Assembly (NCBI GenBank): GCA_040756875.1
Contig: JBFLYH010000003.1
Coordinates: 224,001-288,000 of the forward strand
Source of the DNA: a candidate division FCPU426 bacterium
Lineage (GTDB): Bacteria > Oederibacteriota > JAAXVQ01 > JAUVAV01
DNA length: 64,000 bases
Reading direction: 5' to 3'
Every line of letters begins with the position of its first letter. The stretch's first letter is position 1. Position numbers and translations under genes: made by a program. Below the pieces are notes generated by a model. It did not search any database, had not been told where the DNA came from, and saw only the letters and a program-made list of their open reading frames with translations. Of the stretch, positions 58,176 through 64,000 are shown one piece after another.

Positions 58176-59225
58176 TTATTTTTTGGACTTTTTGGCTTTT
58201 TTCGCAGCGGTTTTTTTCCCGGCCGGGCCGGTTTTTTTATGCCGCAGCAGGTAAGCCAGCACTTCCTGCATGTCCGCCGTAGCGACGCAGATCACTTTGT
58301 CGGCGCCGCCGTAATAAACGAAAAGCTTGCCGTCTTTCACGATATTCCCCACGGCGAACACCACGTCGTGCTCTACGCCGGTGATCTCGAAGGGCTCCGT
58401 AGGTTCCAGGATGAAATCCGGGGGGCGGGAGATGATCTTGGTCGGATCATTGAGGTCCAGCAGCATGAGCCCCTGGCGGTAAATGCGCTTCTCATCCACG
58501 CCGTGGTACATGACCACCCAGCCGTGCTTGGTCTTGATCGGAGGCGTGCTGGCGCCGATTTTGCAGCATTGCCACGGGAATTCGGGTTTGGCCAGCAACC
58601 GGTCGCCGCTCCAGTTTTTCATGTCTTTTGAGAACGTGATCCAGATCCCGGGCTTCTCGGTGCCGTATTTGGGACCCACCCAATGGGCCGGGCGGCGGAA
58701 CATCACGTACTTGCCCTTGATTTTTTCCGGGAACATGACCACATCGCGGTCATCCACATTGTCCGGGGTGATGGCTCCCAAATTTTCGTAAGTCTTGAAA
58801 TCCTTGGTGCGCATGAGGCCGGTGCGCGTCAGGTTCTCGGTCATGGATTTGGGGGAATCTTCCGGAAACTCCGCGCGGTTGCCCATCACGAATGCGGTGT
58901 AGGGCGTCATGCGGCAGGCATAGGTGACGTAATAGTACCCGTCGGCCATTTTGGTGATCCGGGGGTCTTCCACGCAACCGCTGTCGAAACCGTGGATGCC
59001 GGTGTAATTGGGCTGGTCTGAAACGCGCCGGAAGTTGTAACCGTCGGCGCTCACCGCCAGGCCGAAATAAATGCGATAGATGTCCGTCTCGCCGGATGCG
59101 CGGTAAAGCATGTACACCTTGCCCTTGTGCACGATGGCGCCGGGATTGCACACCGCGTGCCCTTCCCACTTGCTGCCCGGTTTGGGGGCAAGAACCGGGT
59201 TTTTGGCATACTTGGTGAACAACAT
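58176..59225 (-). CDS. Glycoside hydrolase family 130 (beta-mannoside phosphorylase/mannosidase)
   Basis: NPGA, LYRA, VEDPRIT, FPEKI, KIG..PPIKT, YHGVD, VVF, YYGGAD. Confidence 0.92.
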   Translation of the reverse strand: MLFTKYAKNPVLAPKPGSKWEGHAVCNPGAIVHKGKVYMLYRASGETDIYRIYFGLAVSADGYNFRRVSDQPNYTGIHGFDSGCVEDPRITKMADGYYYVTYACRMTPYTAFVMGNRAEFPEDSPKSMTENLTRTGLMRTKDFKTYENLGAITPDNVDDRDVVMFPEKIKGKYVMFRRPAHWVGPKYGTEKPGIWITFSKDMKNWSGDRLLAKPEFPWQCCKIGASTPPIKTKHGWVVMYHGVDEKRIYRQGLMLLDLNDPTKIISRPPDFILEPTEPFEITGVEHDVVFAVGNIVKDGKLFVYYGGADKVICVATADMQEVLAYLLRHKKTGPAGKKTAAKKAKKSKK

Positions 59226-59350
59226 TTTTTCTCCTCGCGTGGATGGTATGGGGGGCGCAGCGCCCCTAAAATCAAGCCAGCATGGTACTTAATCCGAAAC
59301 AGAAAGTCAAATGGCGAGTGCGCTTTGAACCGGTTGTCGAAACACAGACT

Positions 59351-59953
59351 TTAGAAAGCCCAGCCGATATACAATCCGCCACCTGCAATGAAGGTAAACA
59401 GGGTCATCAGATTGGCGCCGTCATCGGCTCCTGAAATGAGCGGCAGACCGGCGTCCAGAAACGGGGCGATGACGATCGTATTCGCAATGATGAATTTATA
59501 GCCCAATTCGCCGTGAATGAGAAAGGCGGAAACCCGGGCGTCGACCGGCGCTTCGTTGTGCGCGCGGTCTTCGTAAGTACCGACATAATGGTTGTAATCC
59601 ATCCGCAAGCCGAGGTTAAAGCCCGCGGGCGCATTTCCACCCGGATACCAGCGGGCCGAGACGCCCACTCCCACACCGTTCAAATCATAGATCCAGTCGT
59701 AATCATCCCCAGCCTCGTCCGTTTTGCCGCCCCGCATCAAGAAGTGTGAAATCCCCGTCAATCGGCCGGCCAAGCCGAACTGTTCTCCCATTCTCCGCTC
59801 GTATTCCAAGCTAAGATGCCCGGCTCCCGTGGTTAACCCCACAGGTTGCAGCATCAGGGCGTTTCCAGGAGCGTCACTTTCCGCCCGGACAGGTTGTCCC
59901 GACGCTAATGCCAGCAACATACAAACCATCCCGACTGTTACTTTGCCCCGCAT
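59351..59953 (-). CDS. Small outer membrane beta-barrel (DUF3575-like)
   Basis: Signal peptide; SLEYER, RWYP, GYKF, terminal GWAF. Confidence 0.75.
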   Translation of the reverse strand: MRGKVTVGMVCMLLALASGQPVRAESDAPGNALMLQPVGLTTGAGHLSLEYERRMGEQFGLAGRLTGISHFLMRGGKTDEAGDDYDWIYDLNGVGVGVSARWYPGGNAPAGFNLGLRMDYNHYVGTYEDRAHNEAPVDARVSAFLIHGELGYKFIIANTIVIAPFLDAGLPLISGADDGANLMTLFTFIAGGGLYIGWAF

Positions 59954-60208
59954 GAACCGACCTCCGCTGTTTGGTTGCTCATGATTTTTATCTGGACTGA
60001 ACGCAAAACCCAAGTAGTATATATCAACGGCCGGGAATGGGCCATTTCTTTCTACGCCGGGCCGTTGCAGGCGCCTTGCCGTCGTTCCGTATTAAGGAAG
60101 ATTCAAAACGTCCGAAACTAAGCATAAGTGCCGGTTGGTGGATGGGTCCCTGCCAACCTCGGCCCGCCGGTCACTTTTTTCCCATTGGCTTATTGCCGGA
60201 GTGCCACA

Positions 60209-61600
60209 ATGACGCAATCGCTCGATTTTGCCGGCCTTTTTTCCTCCCAAGGCATCGTAATTAATTCGATGCAAATCCTGGACATTCTCCCTGACGGCAT
60301 TACCATCCAGGACAGGAATTTCACGGTGGTGTATCAAAACCACGCCATGTTGGCCGCCTTCGGCAGCCAGGTTGGAAACAAATGCTATGCGGCTTATGAA
60401 AAACGCGATGCCATCTGCGAAGGATGCGGCGTGGCCAAAGCCTTTCAATCCGGCCAGCCGGTTCTCGTGCTCAGAACCGCCATTCAGGCTGACGGGCGGA
60501 CGTCTTATTGGGAAAATTCCTGCTTCCCGATTTTTGACGACTGGGGGGAAATCATCGCAGGCGCGGAAGTCTGCCGGAACATCAGCGACCGCGTCGGCTT
60601 GGAGGACGAGGTCAAACAGCGCAATATCGAGCTGGGGCAGCTGAATACCCGCCTGCATCAGCAGACCGTGCAGCTGACCGAAACCCTGCAGCGTCTGGAA
60701 AACGAAGTTCGGCAGCGGGAGCAGACGGAAGTCAACCTCCGGCACGCGCAGAAATTGCAGGCGGTTGGCCAGCTGGCCGCCGGAATCGCCCACGAAATCA
60801 ATACGCCGACACAGTTCGTCGGCGACAACCTCCGCTTCCTTATGGATAGTTTCAACGGCATTCTGCGTCTGCTGGCCGAGTACCGCCGGGCGCTCGCCGA
60901 AGTGCCTGCCTCGCTCGAAAAAGAATCGTTCGTCCGGCAATTGCAGGCCACCGAGTCGGAAACCGATCTCCCCTATTTGCAGGAGAACGTCCCCTCCGCG
61001 CTGTCCCAGGCCGTGGACGGGATCTCCCGCATTACGAGCATCGTGCGGGCCATGAAGGATTTCGCCCATCCGGACCGCCGGGACAAAAGCCCGGCGGATT
61101 TAAACCGGGCCCTCCGCTCCACTCTGACCATCGCCCGCAACGAATACAAGTACGTGGCGGATATCGAGACCGACTTTGGGGATCTCCCTTCCGTGGTCTG
61201 CCATTTCGGGGACATGAACCAGGTCTTTTTGAACCTTCTCGTCAACGCCGCCCATGCCATCGGGGACGTCGTGGGCAAATCCGGCAGCGGCGGCCGCGGC
61301 CTCATCGGGGTGCGGACGCGGCGCGAAGGGGAATTCGTGCGTATCGACATTTCGGACACGGGTTGCGGAATTCCCGAAGACGCCCGCGAGCGCATCTTCG
61401 AGCCGTTTTTCACCACCAAGGAAGTCGGCCGAGGCAGCGGGCAGGGCCTGGCCATCGCCCGTTCCATCGTCGAGGTCATGCACGGCGGCACCCTGACCTT
61501 TGAAAGCCAGATCGGCAAAGGCACGACTTTCACCATCCGGCTTCCCATCTGCGGCCAGCTTGAGGACTCTTCCGAACCGGGCAAACCGCCGGTCTCATAG
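60209..61600 (+). CDS. PAS-domain sensor histidine kinase (NtrB-like, cytoplasmic)
   Basis: GIAHEINTP, QVFLNLLVNA, DTGCG, FFTTK, GQGL; no TM. Confidence 0.93.
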   Translation: MTQSLDFAGLFSSQGIVINSMQILDILPDGITIQDRNFTVVYQNHAMLAAFGSQVGNKCYAAYEKRDAICEGCGVAKAFQSGQPVLVLRTAIQADGRTSYWENSCFPIFDDWGEIIAGAEVCRNISDRVGLEDEVKQRNIELGQLNTRLHQQTVQLTETLQRLENEVRQREQTEVNLRHAQKLQAVGQLAAGIAHEINTPTQFVGDNLRFLMDSFNGILRLLAEYRRALAEVPASLEKESFVRQLQATESETDLPYLQENVPSALSQAVDGISRITSIVRAMKDFAHPDRRDKSPADLNRALRSTLTIARNEYKYVADIETDFGDLPSVVCHFGDMNQVFLNLLVNAAHAIGDVVGKSGSGGRGLIGVRTRREGEFVRIDISDTGCGIPEDARERIFEPFFTTKEVGRGSGQGLAIARSIVEVMHGGTLTFESQIGKGTTFTIRLPICGQLEDSSEPGKPPVS

Positions 61601-61850
61601 TACGGTGCTTTTTCGCCGGTTTTCAGCGCCGGATTGAAATTCGGCTATTTGCAGGCATATCTCTTGGTTGATAATCAAGCACGGGTCTTCCCCGTTAACC
61701 CGGTATGGTTCCCCTACCGCGCCACCGCCACCTTGGCCTTGCCGATTTCCTTGCCGTCCTGCGTCGCGCGCACGATATACACACCCGGCGCCGCGGCACC
61801 GCAATTCCAGACCAGCAAAGTGGGTTCTTCCATCCTGGCTGCGGGTGCGC

Positions 61851-62900
61851 TCAGGCCCGCCACTCTGTTTTCTGCATACTCACCACGCAATTCATCAGGT
61901 AGCGTTTGCTGTCCGCGACCTTCCAGCCGGACTGTCCGGCCAAGTGTTCGAACTCATCCAATTCGCGCGGAATGGTTTGCAGCCCGCTCATTGTGTTGAA
62001 TGCCTGCCCTGGCCTGAACTTGGGCGTCAGGGTCCCGACGAGCACGGTCTCCGGAGGCGTCAACGCGTGTAATGCTTTTAAGTTCCCTGCGATTTCCGCA
62101 TCCGTTCCGTAGTTGAATAACCCGCCCTCGGAAGAGACCCCGACCACCGCCCTCCCCATGTCGATGCCATTCAGGCAACCGGGCAATTTTTCCGGCTGCG
62201 ACCAATTGTACGGGATGTATTCCATTTCGATTTTCAACCCTGCCAGCGGCGCTCCGGGCGCCAGCAAAGCCTCCAAGGCCCGGCCGCCGAACAACGGCCC
62301 GGCGCTTTCCAAATCCAAAACGTGGATTATTATCCGCCGATTGGCAATCCGTTCGTATTGATCCCTGCGCAGCAGGAGCAAGGCATTCAGGTCATCTAGG
62401 CACGGCCCGCCGGCGATATTGACAAAATGCAGGTCGCGTTTGGGCTGGGCGGCCAGCCAGGGCGCAATCCCGTCCGCCAGCAACCGGGCTGTGTCCTGCA
62501 GCCGCAGCCTGGCTGAAAAGGCCGGCAAGGAGGCGGCAATGGCCCGGTCAATCTTACCGGCATACCTCTGCCCCAGATTGTCAGGGCCCAGTTTCATCAA
62601 ATACGTGGTCATGCTGCTTAAAAAACCGCCGGAGGCTCCCAACAATCCGCGCATTAAAACGGATTTTCCCGACATAAACCACAGCATGGTCTTGCGCACG
62701 AGGGCAGGCAGGCGGTTGTGTTTCTCCTGGTCTGCCTCGGCTTTTTTTGCCATCGCGTTTGCTTCCTCCGCGCCAGGCTCAGCCAGCGCAAACGCCGGAT
62801 GCGTGATGTCGATCACCGGCAGTTCCACACCCTCCTCGGTGAAGGCGTAAAAAACCCCGGGCTTTTTGGCTTTTTCAGGTATCTTGGGCAACACGGCCAC
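61851..62900 (-). CDS. Hypothetical protein, SAM-methyltransferase-like fold
   Basis: RBS GGAGGAG, GTG start; VNIAGGP, VLDLE, SEGGLFNY. Confidence 0.6.
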   Translation of the reverse strand: MAVLPKIPEKAKKPGVFYAFTEEGVELPVIDITHPAFALAEPGAEEANAMAKKAEADQEKHNRLPALVRKTMLWFMSGKSVLMRGLLGASGGFLSSMTTYLMKLGPDNLGQRYAGKIDRAIAASLPAFSARLRLQDTARLLADGIAPWLAAQPKRDLHFVNIAGGPCLDDLNALLLLRRDQYERIANRRIIIHVLDLESAGPLFGGRALEALLAPGAPLAGLKIEMEYIPYNWSQPEKLPGCLNGIDMGRAVVGVSSEGGLFNYGTDAEIAGNLKALHALTPPETVLVGTLTPKFRPGQAFNTMSGLQTIPRELDEFEHLAGQSGWKVADSKRYLMNCVVSMQKTEWRA

Positions 62901-63012
62901 TCTCCTCCCGCAAGAGGCGTTTAAAAAGAGGAGGTTCTATATCATTAAACGGGCACGGGGTCAATCGTTTTGCTCGTTTGCCGGGCGGGCCGGCCGTCTG
63001 CCTGTGTGATGG

Positions 63013-63807
63013 TCACTTCGAGGATGCGGCCATGCGTTCCATCGCGGCCAGGAGTTGGATGATCTTTAGCGCACGTTGTTTATGCTCTTCCAGCAGCGTC
63101 AGCCACCGGTCAGTGACATAGACAATGGGCGCGTCCGGAGCAGGCGTGTTGAGGATGGCAGCCAGGGATTTTTTGGAGACATGGCGGATGGTTCCCCGGT
63201 CATATTGATTAAACATATTGAGGATGGCAGCCAGGCTGTACCCTGCTTGGGAAAGCGCCTTCACGATGGTAATCCGCGACAAATCGCGCCGCGAATACTC
63301 GCGATAGCCTAAATGATTCCGTTTGATCGCGAGCAGGTTGTTCCTCTCCCAATGCCGCAGGCTGTCCACCGTGACGTCGGAGATCCGGGCTGCCTGAATC
63401 CGCGAAAATATGATTGGGTGCCCGGATAAACGCCTGGACATCCGCGCCCACTGTTCCAAGTCTCCCAGGACCGCGCGGGCTTTTTTCGTTTCCCGCCGCA
63501 CGGTCGCTTGATACTGCCGGGCGAGTTGCAGCGCCTGTTGATAGCGGCGCCGGGCTGCCAGCCGTACCAGCCGTTGCACCCCCGCCCCGCCGCCCGGATA
63601 AGGGCCCGGCAGCGCTGTCCGCGCCAGGATCATCTGGCGAAGGTGTTTGCCTGTATACCGGCGATATCCGTTCTGCGCGCGGGAAACGGGCTGCAAGTAG
63701 CCCCACGCCTCGTACAGCCGGACCGTGTTGGGATGGCAATTCACGCGGCGGGCGATATCCAGCGTGGTCCAAGTCTGTTTATTGCCGCTTTTATCCTTAG
63801 GGAGCAC
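63013..63807 (-). CDS. MerR-family regulator with two MerR HTH domains
   Basis: HPNTVRLYE..NGYRRY and VDSLRHWERNNL..GYREY. Confidence 0.9.
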   Translation of the reverse strand: MLPKDKSGNKQTWTTLDIARRVNCHPNTVRLYEAWGYLQPVSRAQNGYRRYTGKHLRQMILARTALPGPYPGGGAGVQRLVRLAARRRYQQALQLARQYQATVRRETKKARAVLGDLEQWARMSRRLSGHPIIFSRIQAARISDVTVDSLRHWERNNLLAIKRNHLGYREYSRRDLSRITIVKALSQAGYSLAAILNMFNQYDRGTIRHVSKKSLAAILNTPAPDAPIVYVTDRWLTLLEEHKQRALKIIQLLAAMERMAASSK

Positions 63808-63892
63808 TCGCTAACCCTCCAGTATTACACCACACCGCCACTTTCCGCTAAACTTGGGTCATAAGTCAATTCTAATCTCCCCGGGAGGGCGT

Positions 63893-64000
63893 ATGAAAAA
63901 GATTATAGTGAGTATCTCCGTAATGCTGTTGTGGATCACTGCCTGTACCCATACAGGTCTCCGATCGAATCACGTTGCATTTGGTGATCATAATATCCAT
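63893..64000 (+). CDS. Partial lipoprotein (runs off the window)
   Basis: RBS GGGAGG; MKKIIVSISVMLLWITAC lipobox. Confidence 0.7.
   Translation, partial: MKKIIVSISVMLLWITACTHTGLRSNHVAFGDHNIH

Overview
GC-rich bacterial chromosomal window with about 58 genes, no rRNA, tRNA or CRISPR array, and no intact transposase. The host is diderm (outer-membrane barrels, LolA-like protein, lipoproteins). It carries T9SS-like parts: four secreted proteins with C-terminal sorting-type domains and two PorV-like barrels, each overlapping the cargo gene upstream. The Thr/Pro-linker architecture resembles candidate-phylum FCPU426-like genomes (inference only). Most genes are accessory or housekeeping: three ABC systems, GNATs, peroxiredoxin, MCP, CDF, MarC, pseudouridine synthase, AmmeMemoRadiSam radical SAM, GH130, GT39, a histidine kinase and MerR. 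Signals missing from the ORF track: a 26-aa peptide gene ending CDCCCCWC with its own RBS and terminator (19462-19542); a structured leader with terminator ahead of an EamA transporter; two MITE-like elements; several REP-like palindromes. A lower-GC patch (35.2-38.4 kb) holds two tandem R-M controller-like HTH genes with a C-box-like operator, a PD-(D/E)xK protein and two tandem ORF6N genes, but no DNA methyltransferase. All family calls come from motif recognition by eye; no database search was run.
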